Source: Octopus vulgaris
Lineage: Eukaryota
Assembly (NCBI GenBank): GCA_951406725.2
Contig: OX597819.1
Span: 119,908,001-119,972,000 of the forward strand
Direction of reading: 5' to 3'
DNA length: 64,000 nucleotides
In this document: positions 14,685 to 28,216 of the stretch, in pieces
How the letters are laid out: each line of letters opens with the position of its first letter
How positions within the stretch are numbered: position 1 is the stretch's first letter
Made by a program: the position numbers and the translations under genes
The notes under the pieces: generated by a model
Seen by the model: the letters and a program-made list of their open reading frames with translations, nothing else
Databases searched by the model: none
Told to the model about the DNA's origin: nothing

Positions 14685-15494
14685 TTCAGTAGTTTTATTT
14701 TTATAGCGTGCTTTCACTTCACTACCGAGCGCAGCTCTGTGTGCCTTAGGTATGTGCTGTGATTTGTTGTGATGCTCTGATGGTTATTGTATGGAAAGTG
14801 TTCTGCGTAGGATGTGCGCAGTGCCTAGTAGTGCACTTTTCTGTATGTTATATGTGTTTGTAAGTCCTGGTATTTTTGTTATGTATTTGTCTGAATATTT
14901 TTTTATCATACCTAATGCACCTACTATGATAGGAATTGTTTCTGTTTTCAGATTCCACATTCTAGTTACCTCTATTTCCAGGTCTTTGTATTTTGAGAGT
15001 TTCTCCATTTCTTTTAGAGACACGTTGTCATCTGCCGGTATTGATACATCAATTAGAAAGCATTTATTTTCTTTATGGTCTCTGACAACTATATCTGGTC
15101 TGTTGGCCTTAATTTCTCTATCTGTGTGTATCGGCATATCCCAGAGTATGGTTGCTTTCTCGTTTTCTGTGACCTTTTCTGGTGTGTGCCTATACCATCT
15201 TTTTTCTGTTGTTATTCCATAATGTTGGCATAGCTTCCAATGTATGTAGGTTCCAACTCTGTCATGTCTGTGAATATATTCCTTCTTAGCCAGGACTGAG
15301 CAGCTAGAGATAATATGATTTATTGTTTCTTGTCCATCTCCACATATTCTGCAGTTACTTGTAATATTTCTTTTCATTACATGTTTTTGGTAATTTCTGG
15401 TGGGGAGGCTTTGGTCTTGTGCTGCAATTAAAAATCCCTCTGTTTCTGCTTTCAGTCCTGAGCTTCTCAACAATTGCTGGGATTTTCCTTTGTC

Positions 15495-15495
<1 letters not shown>
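14685..15495 (-). mobile_element. 5'-truncated R4/Dong-like element with open knuckle + RLE frame
   Basis: ORF to 14784: AAQDQSL, CRICG..ETINHIISSC, RHD, NRPDIVVRD, FLIDVSIP, K..KY, LLGTAHILRR. Confidence 0.93.
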
Positions 15496-15536
<41 letters not shown>

Positions 15537-15577
15537 CATTATAATTATTATTATTATCATCATCATCATCATCATCA

Positions 15578-15650
<73 letters not shown>

Positions 15651-15651
15651 A

Positions 15652-16133
15652 GCAGGAGTGGCTGTGTGGTAAGTAGTTTGTTTACCAGCCACATGGTTCC
15701 GGGTTCAGTCCCACTAGGAGTGGCTGTGTGGTAAGTAGTTTGTTTACCAACCACATAGTTCCGGGTTCAGTCCCACTGCGTGGCACCTTGGGCAAGTGTC
15801 TTCTACTATAGCCTCGGGCCGACCAAAGCCTTGTGAGTGGATTTGGTAGACGGAAACTGAAAGAAGTCCGTCGTATATATATATATATATATATATATAT
15901 GCGTGTGTGTGTTTGTGTATCTGTGTTTGTCTCCCTAGCATTGCTTGACAACCGATGCTGGTGTGTTTATATCCCCGTTACTTAGCGGTTCGGCAAAAGA
16001 GACCGATAGAATAAGTACTGGGCTTACAAAAGAATAAGTCCCGGGGTCGAGTTGCTCGATTAAAAGCGGTGCTCCAGCATGGCCGCAGTCAAATGACTGA
16101 AACAAGTAAAAGAGTAAAAGAGTAATAGAGTAA
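15652..16133 (+). mobile_element. SINE family A with tandemly duplicated head
   Basis: Head GGAGTGGCTGTGTGG...CAGTCCCACT present twice (~15654 and ~15717). Confidence 0.88.
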
Positions 16134-16229
16134 AGCCTCACGGATAGTTCTTAATTACTGGTTATTCATTACTTGAAGGTAGACAACAACAAATCACCAA
16201 AGGTTTCAAGTAGTGACTTCTCCTCTGAC

Positions 16230-16990
16230 TCAAAGAAAAAATACTCTCCCCTTAGTATGCGAGCTGTTTTCTAGATCACCTCCAGCCTGACAGCTGCTCC
16301 AATATTCTTAATATGTTTTTCAAATCCCTTGGAAACTGCTCCTAATGTTTCCATTACCACCGGTTTGATCATTACTTTCCTCATGCTCCATAACTTTCCT
16401 ATCTCGTCCCGCAGTGGCTGGTATTTTTCAATCTTTTTTCTGTTACTTGACATTTCACTCTCGAATCTACTGGTATTGCAACATCTATTATATTTACTTC
16501 TTTTTCATCTTTATGGATGAACCCGATATCTGGTCGTCTCGCCTCTATGACTTTATCGCACTGCATGCTAAAATCCCAGAGTATTTTGTAATGTTCCTTT
16601 TCCATTATTCCACTGTGGCGAGTCAGTGCTTTTATCAATGTGATGTTTGGAGAAGTTGGTTCTGAGAGCTTGTTCTCGAACGCTGCACACTAATGCCTCA
16701 GTGGACCCTTTTAAGTCCCAATTCTGCAGCTATTGTCAGGTTCTATTCCAATAAATTTCCTCTTTATTATTCAAGAACTGACTGTGCATTTTCTTGTCCT
16801 GTCAAATTTTCTTCATCTGTTCCCTCTAGTCTTTTTAAAATTCTATTGGATCTACGGCTTCGTTCACTTTAAAGGTTCTTTACAAACAATCTAAACACAT
16901 CACACTTGGGGTGTAGTTCCTTGTTCATTGTCATTAATTTACGTGTTCTCCGTTCTTTCTCTTGTAATTCATGTTTCTTCCAAGATACTA
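16230..16990 (-). pseudogene. Decayed R4/Dong-like RLE fragment
   Basis: KILWDFSMQCD, RRPDI, IIDVAIP, KIEKYQPLRDEI. Confidence 0.75.
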
Positions 16991-17039
16991 TTCCTGCCCC
17001 ATATCTCATCAAAGCAACATCTCACTTGTTAATTGTTCT

Positions 17040-17482
<443 letters not shown>

Positions 17483-18103
17483 GGCGAGAAGCTAGCATAC
17501 TCCTTAGGGCGCTGTTAACGGCATTGTGTTCGTCTCTATTTTCGGAGTTCAAATTCCGCCAAGGTCGACTTTGCCTTCCACCTTCCAAGTATGGAGCTCT
17601 ATGTAATCGAGTAGCATCATACCTGTGTAGTACTATAGGACTTGCGCCTATAGTAGACAGGATGAGGCCATTTACATCTGGTAGAAAGGATCATCATATT
17701 CATCATCATCATCATCATCATCATCATCTGCGCTGATTGTCGGAATTGCTAGAACATCGAACAAAATATCTTGCAGAGTTTGTCCCGGCACTTTCCGATA
17801 TGAGTTCAAATCGCTATGAGACTGTCTCTTGGCAGAAATATTAACACGCTGGAGGAAATGTTTAGCGACAATTTGTTCTTCTTTATGTTCTGAGTTCGAA
17901 TTTTAACGTGGTCGACTATGCTTTTCAATCTTTCGGAGGCGATAGTATAAGCAACCCCTCTCAAGTACTAACTAGGATCGCTGTAATTGATATCCTCTTC
18001 CCCTCAAAAATTCCTAGCCATGAACCAAAGTTTGAAACTATATTTATTGGTGATGTTGAGGGACTGCTGGTGCTGCTGCCCGTAGTAGTAGTAGTAGCAG
18101 CAA

Positions 18104-18197
<94 letters not shown>

Positions 18198-18215
18198 GGT
18201 GGCGGCGGCGGCGGC

Positions 18216-18256
<41 letters not shown>

Positions 18257-19410
18257 GCGAGGGGGAGGAGGACGACGACGACGACGAGGAGGTGGATGAG
18301 AGTAGGAGACAGAGTTGATTTTTGCTTATATTTTTCGGTTTCTCGTCAAACAAATTTCACTCCAAGATTTTAAATGAAAGCAAAATACGGTAAAATATTT
18401 TTTTGTTGTGTGTTAAAGTCCTTTAAAAAAAAAATCAATTGTTTAATTCCTGCGGCGTATTGACACAGGTTCAAGGAGGAAACCACATTTGAGTGCGTTG
18501 TCATCTACCAGCTTTGTTTGTTAAGAAAATAATATATTTTTCTATTAGAATGGCGATGAATCTGAAGTAAAAAAAGAACTCATTTCAAGGAGTGAAATGA
18601 ATGAAGCAACCATGTGTATGTAGTTGGAATTTGGGGTTTGCTGTCTTTTTGGGGTTTTTTTTTTGTGTGGAACAATGAAACCGAGAACAATAAGAACAAG
18701 AACACTTTATGAGAAAATGCATAATAGAACAATAATATAATAATAAACTGAGAAAATAACATGAGGCGAGCACCAAAGGGGACATGTTCAATAAAAGAAG
18801 GATAATTAAATCGACAGCAGCAACAATAAGAGCGGTTATATTGAAGTGGGAATTCGAGAACTAAAAAAAAGGAATTAATATCATACCATTATGCAACGAA
18901 AATGAATTAGCAGCAAAAGATAGAATTTTCACAGCAATATAAAGGAGAGGGACCTATTAACCAAAATCTGCCACCGCAATACATCAATTAAAATTGTAGA
19001 GAATTGCTTAATATATCAGAGAAATTAAGAAATGAAGCAGGTATTTTTTTTACCCACTTTCAGAATCGTGGATATCGATGTAGTGGGATCGCATGGGAAA
19101 AGAAAGCAATAACTCATTCGAGGGCAAATGCGATTACCACTGTGACTGGTTTAACACAAGGCAAGATGCATGGAAAAGTTGATAAATCTCACGTGAACTT
19201 TCTTGACCAATCGCAAGATAACTTCGAGTAATAAACATTGATTCTCTTCAATCGAAATCTCATTCAGACCCCAATGACCGAAGACCACATGCTTGAACGC
19301 CATAGCTCCAAGGAGTCTGAGTCAAACTGTTTTGATCTATGCGTGTAACGCCCAATAAATGTGTGGAGTGCCATCCGTTCGTTTGTCTTCTCACTCGTGT
19401 ATATCTATCA

Positions 19411-19482
<72 letters not shown>

Positions 19483-19504
19483 GTATATATATATATATAT
19501 ATAT

Positions 19505-20061
19505 AATTAATCAATATAGGGTGGCAAAAAAAATTTTGTAGAATTCTTTTGCCACCAGCGGCCTAGTGGGAAAAAATTAAATAGTCATAAACCATTTTTA
19601 AGTTCAACATCAACAATCAAGGAACGGCCATAATAGGCCATTCACCCACTAGAAATAACAGCCAAAAGCTTTAACCGCAAAATAACGTTAATTCCGTAAA
19701 CCAGGAGAAAATTGAAAAACATTTACCCTGTAATTTCTTAGACGATGCACCGTTTCATCTTCTGTTTAATGGAAAACTAACCTGATTAAATTAAATCAAG
19801 CCAATCTACCATAGGCCCTTAGATTCATCAGTAAGAAATAGCCAAAACCGGAACAGATATTTTTCACGAGGCATTCTCATTGCTACCTCGTCAATATCTG
19901 ACCTAAAATTTTCAAATCGTCGCACTCGCTAAGAAATTACAGGGTAAATGTTTTTCAATTTTCTCCTGGTTTACGGAATTAACGTTATTTTGCGGTTAAA
20001 GCTTTTGGCTGTTATTTCTAGTGGGTGAATGGCCTATTATGGCCGTTCCTTGATTATTGAT
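19505..20061 (-). mobile_element. Retrozyme-like non-coding element with ~130 bp inverted arm, in (TA)n
   Basis: ~19610-19741 is the reverse complement of 19929-20060; hammerhead at 19733-19839; TA tracts on both sides. Confidence 0.75.
19733..19839 (-). ncRNA. Type I hammerhead ribozyme with large stem II insertion
   Basis: Minus strand: ATTTCTTA-CTGATGA-ATCT[~60 nt]AGAT-GAAA-CGGTGCATCG-TC^TAAGAAAT; 8 bp stem I, canonical core, GUC site. Confidence 0.8.
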
Positions 20062-20080
20062 ATATATATATATATATATA

Positions 20081-21996
20081 TAATAGAAATATTAAAATTA
20101 CTAAGTTTCTCTAAAAGAGAACAACGGCAGCGTTCCCGGAAAATAATAGTTATCGCCATACTAATATGGCATTCTTATAAAAATAAGAATAAAGCTGTCC
20201 GCTTATTAGCTCCATGAGGCCATCGCCTTAAGTTAGCTATTTGATACACAAACTGTATCCATATAACCTTTGAACAAGGGAGGTCAGTCGCTCCACACTA
20301 CTTGGCCGGCAGCTACAGACGCGTTTCGGGGTATTGCCCCTTTTCAATGCAGCGTAGCCAGACCAGTAGGTGTCGCTTCTGACAATCTCTGTTCAAAGGT
20401 TTTATTTACCTAGCTTCGGTGGGATACATCCACTTGTTTTCAATAATAGAAATATTAAAATTACTAAGTTTCTCTAAAAGAGAACAACGGCAGCGTTCCC
20501 GGAAAATAATAGTTATCGCCATACTAATATGGCATTCTTATAAAAATAAGAATAAAGCTGTCCGCTTATTAGCTCCATGAGGCCATCGCCTTAAGTTAGC
20601 TATTTGATACACAAACTGTATCCATATAACCTTTGAACAAGGGAGGTCAGTCGCTCCACACTACTTGGCCGGCAGCTACAGACGCGTTTCGGGGTATTGC
20701 CCCTTTTCAATGCAGCGTAGCCAGACCAGTAGGTGTCGCTTCTGACAATCTCTGTTCAAAGGTTTTATTTACCTAGCTTCGGTGGGATACATCCACTTGT
20801 TTTCAATAATAGAAATATTAAAATTACTAAGTTTCTCTAAAAGAGAACAACGGCAGCGTTCCCGGAAAATAATAGTTATCGCCATACTAATATGGCATTC
20901 TTATAAAAATAAGAATACAGCTGTCCGCTTATTAGCTCCATGAGGCCATCGCCTTAAGTTAGCTATTTGATACACAAACTGTATCCATATAACCTTTGAA
21001 CAAGGGAGGTCAGTCGCTCCACACTACTTGGCCGGCAGCTACAGACGCGTTTCGGGGTATTGCCCCTTTTCAATGCAGCGTAGCCAGACCAGTAGATGTC
21101 GCTTCTGACAATCTCTGTTCAAAGGTTTTATTTACCTAGCTTCGGTGGGATACATCCACTTGTTTTCAATAATAGAAATATTAAAATTACTAAGTTTCTC
21201 TAAAAGAGAACAACGGCAGCGCTCCCGGAAAATAATAGTTATCGCCATACTAATATGGCATTCTTATAAAAATAAGAATAAAGCTGTCCGCTTATTAGCT
21301 CCATGAGGCCATCGCCTTAAGTTAGCTATTTGATACACAAACTGTATCCATATAACCTTTGAACATATAACCGAAGCTAGGTAAATAAAACCTTTGAACA
21401 GAGATTGTCAGAAGCGACACCTACTGGTCTGGCTACGCTGCATTGAAAAGGGGCAATACTCCGAAACGCGTCTGTAGCTGCCGGCCAAGTAGTGTGGAGC
21501 GACTGACCTCCCTTGTTCAAAGGTTATATGGATACAGTTTGTGTATCAAATAGCTAACTTAAGGCGATGGCCTCATGGAGCTAATAAGCGGACAGCTTTA
21601 TTCTTATTTTTATAAGAATGCCATATTAGTATGGCGATAACTATTATTTTCCGGGAACGCTGCCGTTGTTCTCTTTTAGAGAAACTTAGTAATTTTAATA
21701 TTTCTATTATTGAAAACAAGTGGATGTATCCCACCGAAGCTAGGTAAATAAAACCTTTGAACAGAGATTGTCAGAAGCGACACCTACTGGTCTGGCTACG
21801 CTGCATTGAAAAGGGCAATACCCCGAAACGCGTCTGTAGCTGCCGGCCAAGTAGTGTGGAGCGACTGACTCCTTGTTCAAAGGTTATATGGATACAGTTT
21901 GTGTATCAAATAGCTAACTTAAGGCGATGGCCTCATGGAGCTAATAAGCGGACAGCTTTATTCTTATTTTTATAAGAATGCCATATTATATGGCGA

Positions 21997-22003
<7 letters not shown>
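20081..22003. mobile_element. Retrozyme-like array: ~3.5 direct copies of a 363 bp unit, then ~1.75 inverted copies, in (TA)n
   Basis: Unit starts at 20081, 20444, 20807, 21170; inversion junction ~21366-21371; one hammerhead per unit; no ORF. Confidence 0.88.
20312..20353 (-). ncRNA. Type I hammerhead ribozyme, U3:A8 core variant (also 20675-20716 and 21038-21079 on -, 21437-21478 and 21800-21840 on +)
   Basis: GCTGCA-TTGAAAA-GGGG caata CCCC-GAAA-CGCG-TC^TGTAGC; palindromic stem III ACGCGT; stem I extends further. Confidence 0.82.
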
Positions 22004-22040
<37 letters not shown>

Positions 22041-22276
22041 CACACATATATATGTATAAATATATACATTATACACACACACACTCACACTTATATGAGC
22101 TTTTGTTTCTGCATTTGTTTCCCACCGCCGCTTAAACAACCGACGATGGTTTGCTTATGTCCCCGTAATAGATCGGGAAACATTAAACCATAGAATAAGT
22201 ACCAGGCTTTAAAAAATACGTATTTGTGATGACTCATTTGAATATCTATCTATCTATTTATCTAAATCTTTCAATC

Positions 22277-22725
22277 TTATTTCTTTACTGCCCACAAGGG
22301 TCTAAAACATAGAGGGGACAAACAAGGACGGACAAACTGATTAAGTCGATTATATTGACCCCACTGCGGAACTGGTACTTATTTAATCGACCCCAGTGCG
22401 TAACTGGTACTTATGTAATCGACCCCAAAAAGATGAAAGGCAAAGTCGACCTCGGCGGAATTTGAACTCAGAACTTAGCAGCAGACGAAATACCTATTTC
22501 TTTACTACCCACCAGGGGCTAAACACAGAGAGGACATACAAGGACAGACACACGGATTAAGTCGATTACATCGACCCCAGTGCGTAATTGGTACTTATTT
22601 AATCGACCCCGAAAGGATGAAAGGCAAAGTCGACCTCGGCGGAATTTGAACTCAGAATGTAAGGGCATACGAAATACCGCTAAGCATTTGGCCCGGCGTG
22701 CTAACGTTTCTGCCAGCTCACCGTC
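22277..22725 (-). mobile_element. SINE family C, dimeric
   Basis: Two tandem family C bodies. Confidence 0.85.
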
Positions 22726-23424
22726 TTATGAAAAATAAATATTATATATTAAATATTGTAACGAATGTTATGATCGCCCAGAACACAACCGCACAGAAAC
22801 ATTCCTACAAACATGTGTGTGTAAATAATAGACAGACGCGCAAACTTATATTATGTTTTATCCTTTACTTGTCCAGTCATACTTGTTCAATCATTAAACT
22901 GCGGCATGATGAGATTTGCTTCCTACGTCACGCAGGGCCAACGACCACCTAGAGATTCCCTCAATGGCTCGTGTAACGTATACTTAGTATCATTGATTCA
23001 AATACCGTAGAGTTTGAAACGATGAGAATATTTTCAGACATTTTAATCGGTTGTTTAATCAGTCGTTTGGACAGCAACAATTTCTGCAACCTTCACAAAT
23101 ATCTCCAGCAGCAATAAAACCAATTTACTAACCGGCAAGGGAACCTTTACTTAATCGCTTGACATGCAGGAGATAGCAGCCAAATATCTATCAAATTAAT
23201 TGTATTTTTTAAGAAGGAAGATAGGAAGGATAAACTGCATAAGGAGATTCTATACGTAATATCTGAATAAAACACAGAGAGGTCACACATGGAACGCCTT
23301 TGATCATGGGCCAACTGGAAGAGAGGTGAAATGAGTCTAATCTGCAACAACAACCACAACAACGACATACTATATAAAACATCATCTTTGTCGCCATCAG
23401 CTGTAGCAACTGCATAAATGTGGT

Positions 23425-24000
23425 TAGGCCCAATGGTTAGGGCAGCGGACTCGCGGTCGGAGGATCGCGGTTTCAATTCCCAGACCGGGCGTTGTGTGTG
23501 TTTATTGAGCGAAAACACCTAAAGCTCCACGAGGCTCCGGCAGGGGGTGGTGGCGACTCCTATTGTACTCTTTCGCTCCAACTTTCTCTCACTCATTCTT
23601 CCTGTTTCTTGTCCCCGACTTCCTACGTAACCGCTAAGCCTGGATGCTCATTCATCCATCCTTCGATGCTCTCGGTGTCGGGGTTGAACTGCTTTCTCTT
23701 CTGCGGGTGTTACGAATAGCAAAGGACAACGTTTCGGACTTCTCACACCTTGCGAGCTCTGGGACGAAGACCGTTTGCTCAACAGCAGCAGCAACAGCAG
23801 AGGAGGCGCAATGGTCCAATGGTTAGGGCAGCGGACTCGCGGTCGTAAGAACGGAGTTTCGATTCCCAGACCGGACATTGTGATTGTTTATTGAGCAAAA
23901 ACACCTAAGCTCCACGATGCTCCGGCAGGTGGTGATGTTGAACCCCGCTGTACTATTTCACCACAAATTTCTCCCACTCTATCTTCCTACTTCTGCCACA
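23425..24000 (+). mobile_element. Two adjacent SINE family B copies
   Basis: Heads at ~23425 and ~23803 match 2730. Confidence 0.8.
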
Positions 24001-24420
24001 AAGCAGAGGCACCATGGCGTAACCCACTATGGTGTGGTAAACTTTCAGACCCTAGTCTTGATTACGAATCCTCTGTACCCGAAGATGGTTCAGCTTTCCA
24101 CCCGTTAAAAGCCACCGTTTACGGAATGAGGAAAACAACGTAGCTTTCGCGCCCGTGCAACCGCCAGTCTATGGACAGTGGTGGGTGGATCTTCAAGTTG
24201 CCAAAAGCATTCTTTGTAGCTTAGAGTAGGCTCGAATTCGAGATATTTCTATGCGGCAAATGGCGTGAGTCCTGATTGGAAGAAGAAGAAGAAGAAGAAG
24301 AAGAAGAAGAAGAAGAAGAAGAAGAAGAAGAAGAAGAAGAAGAAGAAGAAGAAGAAGAAGAAGAAGAAACAACAGCAAATTTCAGGGAAGCCAAACAAGG
24401 GAGGAAATATTTGAAGTTGT

Positions 24421-24740
24421 GAAGGCACATGGCCTAGTGGTTAGAGCAGCGAACTCGCGGTCGTGGCATCGCGGTTTCGAATCTCAGACCGAGCGATGTG
24501 TGTGTTTATGAGCGAAACGCCTTAGCTTCACGTGGCTCCGGCAAAATGTAATGGCAAACTTCTGCTGACTCTTTCGCCACAGCTTTCTCTCACTCTTTCC
24601 TCCTGCATCTTGCAGCTCACCTACGACGGACCGGCGTTCCGTCCAGATGGAGAACCTATACGCCAAGGAGACCGGGAAACCGGCCCTTATGAGCCAGGCA
24701 TGGCTCGAGAAGGAACAAACATATTTGAAGTTGGCCACCC
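24421..24740 (+). mobile_element. SINE family B variant
   Basis: GGCACATGGCCTAGTGGTTAGAGC...GGTTTCGAATCTC head; body shared with 55499-55740. Confidence 0.75.
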
Positions 24741-25087
24741 GTGTAACGACTGAAACCCCAATGTTTATCAGTTTGAGCCAGATATTTATTTTATCTGTCA
24801 TATCTATCTATACTGAACAGCTAAATGCACCAAGATCAGTCAACAAGCGGAGGTAGAATTACAAAGACACACTCAAAGACGCACACAAGCACATACATAG
24901 GTACATGTATATATATGTGAATATACGCGACAGACTTCTTCCAGTTACCATCTTACGAACTCGCACACAAAATTTGACCCAAACACTTGCGCAAGGTGTC
25001 ACGCGGTGATACTGAATACCATACACAACCACGCCTATAAGCAAATTGACTAGGTAATTTGAGAGGCAAAAACTTCAATATATCCAT

Positions 25088-25153
25088 ATAGTTCCACTGA
25101 TGAAGGCAGAGTATTTCTTAAGCAGAGCCAGAAAATCCGGGATCTGGAATTAT
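25088..25153 (+). ncRNA. Type I hammerhead ribozyme in a short retrozyme-like fragment (~25050-25300)
   Basis: ATAGTTCCA-CTGATGA-aGGC..GCCa-GAAA-ATCCGGGA-TC^TGGAATTAT; 9 bp stem I; slightly imperfect palindromic stem III. Confidence 0.68.
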
Positions 25154-25423
25154 CCAGTATTTTTTTTGCTAGTTCATTTTGCCTCTTTGCCTTCTCTCCT
25201 GGTACTGTATGAACATTTAATGTAGTTTTTGAGTCAGGTTTTGGCTGATATTTCCAGTGTGGTGGTATCTCTTTATATTCCCTAAAGTATTACTTTAATA
25301 TATGTATGTGTGTGTGTGTGTGTGTGTGTATAAGAAATTAAAAAAGGAAAATACGCACACTTACATAGTTATAATATAATTTTTAATATATCGACCGGTT
25401 TCGCTATCGCTATTAAAACTAGT

Positions 25424-25727
25424 TTCACCTGTGCCTCTGAGAACCTGATTTATGTAATAAACTGCTCGGTTTGCGGACACCGGTTATTGGACAAACGAGT
25501 ATGACCTTGAGAAAGAGAACAATTCTACATAAGTGCAAATCCGTTTCCTGTAATACAGACAAATTCCCCTCAGTGAACACATAGAAAAATGTGCAGGTAA
25601 CATCAAACCAAATTTCACCGTCTTCCCTTTCTACCAGTGCAAAGACGCAATCACTCAATTGGAACGTTTAAATAAAGAAACCTTTTTCATCGAAAAATAC
25701 AAAACACGTCTCAATATGCACTCATAA
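25424..25727 (+). pseudogene. PLE GIY-YIG endonuclease remnant
   Basis: FTCASENLIYVINCSVCG..IGQTSMTLRKR...PLSEHIEKC...FYQC...RLNKETFFIEKYKTRLN (frameshifted). Confidence 0.85.
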
Positions 25728-26004
25728 CCAACTTTTATCTTTTTACATATTTCAATTCACGATTACATCACTGTACATAAATCCTCTACTAAACAAGGTT
25801 TTTGAACACATATATAATCCCCACCCATTACCGAAAGCTGAACAGTTATCTACCTTACCCACAACAATAACAATAATAATGACAACCAATTACCTCCCTT
25901 TATTTATCTACTTGTGATGTCATTGACTCGTGAATTTCATCACACACAACATGGACCAAATTTCTTCTTAAGAAAAAATATATATTCAAATAATTAAAAC
26001 ATAT

Positions 26005-26037
26005 TATCATGAATAGCGATAGCGAAACCGGTCGATA
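26005..26037 (+). ncRNA. Minimal PLE hammerhead, A3:U8 core variant
   Basis: TATC-ATGAATA-GC gata GC-GAAA-CCGG-TC^GATA; palindromic ACCGGT. Confidence 0.6.
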
Positions 26038-26154
26038 TATTAAAAATTATATTAAATCTATGTAAGTGTGCGTATTTTCCTTTTTTAATTTCTTATATAC
26101 ATTACAACTCACCACGTGGGGATAATCGAAGTTCCTCTTTTCTGTTACTACTAT

Positions 26155-26228
<74 letters not shown>

Positions 26229-26632
26229 TATATGTATATATATACCAATCATATTCGAGTGCAATCTTCTTCACTTCAGTTTTTCACATATTCACCCATA
26301 TTCATGTACAGACACGCACACACGCACACGCACATATTAGTATATGGATAAATAGCATTTAGTCACAAACCTAATAGTATGCTTTACAAACCTCGCTCCA
26401 CTTTGATGGAGTGTAGTCATTACATAATATGTTAAAGATATCATCTCAGCAAAGTAACATGAGCAGAAACAATTGTAGCATCTTATATACATGTGTTTGC
26501 ATTTGTGTATGTGTGCATGCGTGCGCGCTCGTGTTCGCGTGTCTGGTGTGAACATCAGTGTATGAACATGTGTTGAATATATGTATACATATGTGTATAT
26601 ATAAACACACACACACATACACACACACACAC

Positions 26633-26688
<56 letters not shown>

Positions 26689-26923
26689 CAAGGACACGCA
26701 TACATTGTTTATATACATGTATGTTTCTGTGTATCTATGTGTGTATGTATGTATATATGTATACATGTATTTATGCATGTATGTATGTATATTATGTTAT
26801 GGTGTTTAAACATGCCTATGTGAACGGGCTGGAAGAAGTAATAGACTAAAGTACGTGTGTATTCAAGTATATATACACATACACACACACTCATCAAGCG
26901 CGCGTGCACACACACGTACACAC

Positions 26924-26979
<56 letters not shown>

Positions 26980-27012
26980 GTGTGTGTATGAATGTATATA
27001 TATACACACACG

Positions 27013-27060
<48 letters not shown>

Positions 27061-27199
27061 TATATTCTTAAAAGTTTTATGGTCTCAATTGTATTTTGTT
27101 TTTCATCGACGCCCTCTTGCCCCATTGCACTCAATCGATTCTCTATCAAGAAATCCTCAAACAATACCCCGCCGCATGCGCGCACACATACATCCACAA

Positions 27200-27240
<41 letters not shown>

Positions 27241-27703
27241 AACACACACGCACACCCCTCGCACTCTCACACACATAAAATCCTCTATTTCAGTTCAGAG
27301 AGAAATACAAGTTTTAAACATGCCGAAGTCCATTATCATTTCTCATTCGAATCGAGGCGCCGATGATTACATTACAAACGGACGTTTTAAGCTTATTTTT
27401 TGCCTTTCGTAAATTGCAGTCAGACAACATTGATTGCGTCAGGATTCTTTGTGTCATGTAGGCGCCACTTCGATCTGTGAAAAGATGATTCGTTGCCTCG
27501 CCATACGATACACTGCTGCCATCAAACGTACGTTATACAAGCACTTGCACGCTTACATATGTATATAGAAGCGTACATGAGTACACTGCTGTTTCTGCGA
27601 ATACGCACACATGAACGCATAACTCAAACCCATAGACACATACACGCATATATATATATATGGGGGAGGTGTATGTGTCTGTGTCTTTATGCGTATGTAT
27701 GTC

Positions 27704-27742
<39 letters not shown>

Positions 27743-28060
27743 ACATGCATGTGACTATACATTATACGCATTCCAATGTGCGTTTGTGTGAGTGTGTGTA
27801 TGTATGTATGTATGTGTGTGTAGTCTGTACGTGCGCACGTTTTCATCCTAGGCGAGCGCTGGAGGAATCGTTAACGCACCGGAGAAAATGCGAAGATGTA
27901 TTTAGTCCGATCTTATGTTCTATGTTCATGTACCTCCGAGATCAACTTTGACTTTCATTGTTTCGTTGTTGATAATGCCAGTTGTTTACTGGAGTCGACT
28001 TTTCGTCTGCTCTCAAATTTAAGATTTTGTACCTATACTATATTATATGTACGTACACAC

Positions 28061-28110
<50 letters not shown>

Positions 28111-28216
28111 TAGATAGATAGATAGATAGATATATACATATATATAGACCTCGTGAGTACCACTGGCGATTTTTTTTCCTCTGTCTTCCCTTCTCGGGAT
28201 CTTTCTTTCTCCTATG

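Larger units (their letters stand above)
25329..26100 (+). mobile_element. 5'-truncated Penelope-like element with inverted pseudo-LTR
   Basis: 25329-25414 is the reverse complement of ~26012-26099; encloses a GIY-YIG remnant and a hammerhead. Confidence 0.85.

Noticed and set aside
20081-22003. CRISPR array or ordinary satellite
   Set aside because: No short repeat with unique spacers, eukaryotic context, and the per-unit hammerhead plus inversion fit a retrozyme better
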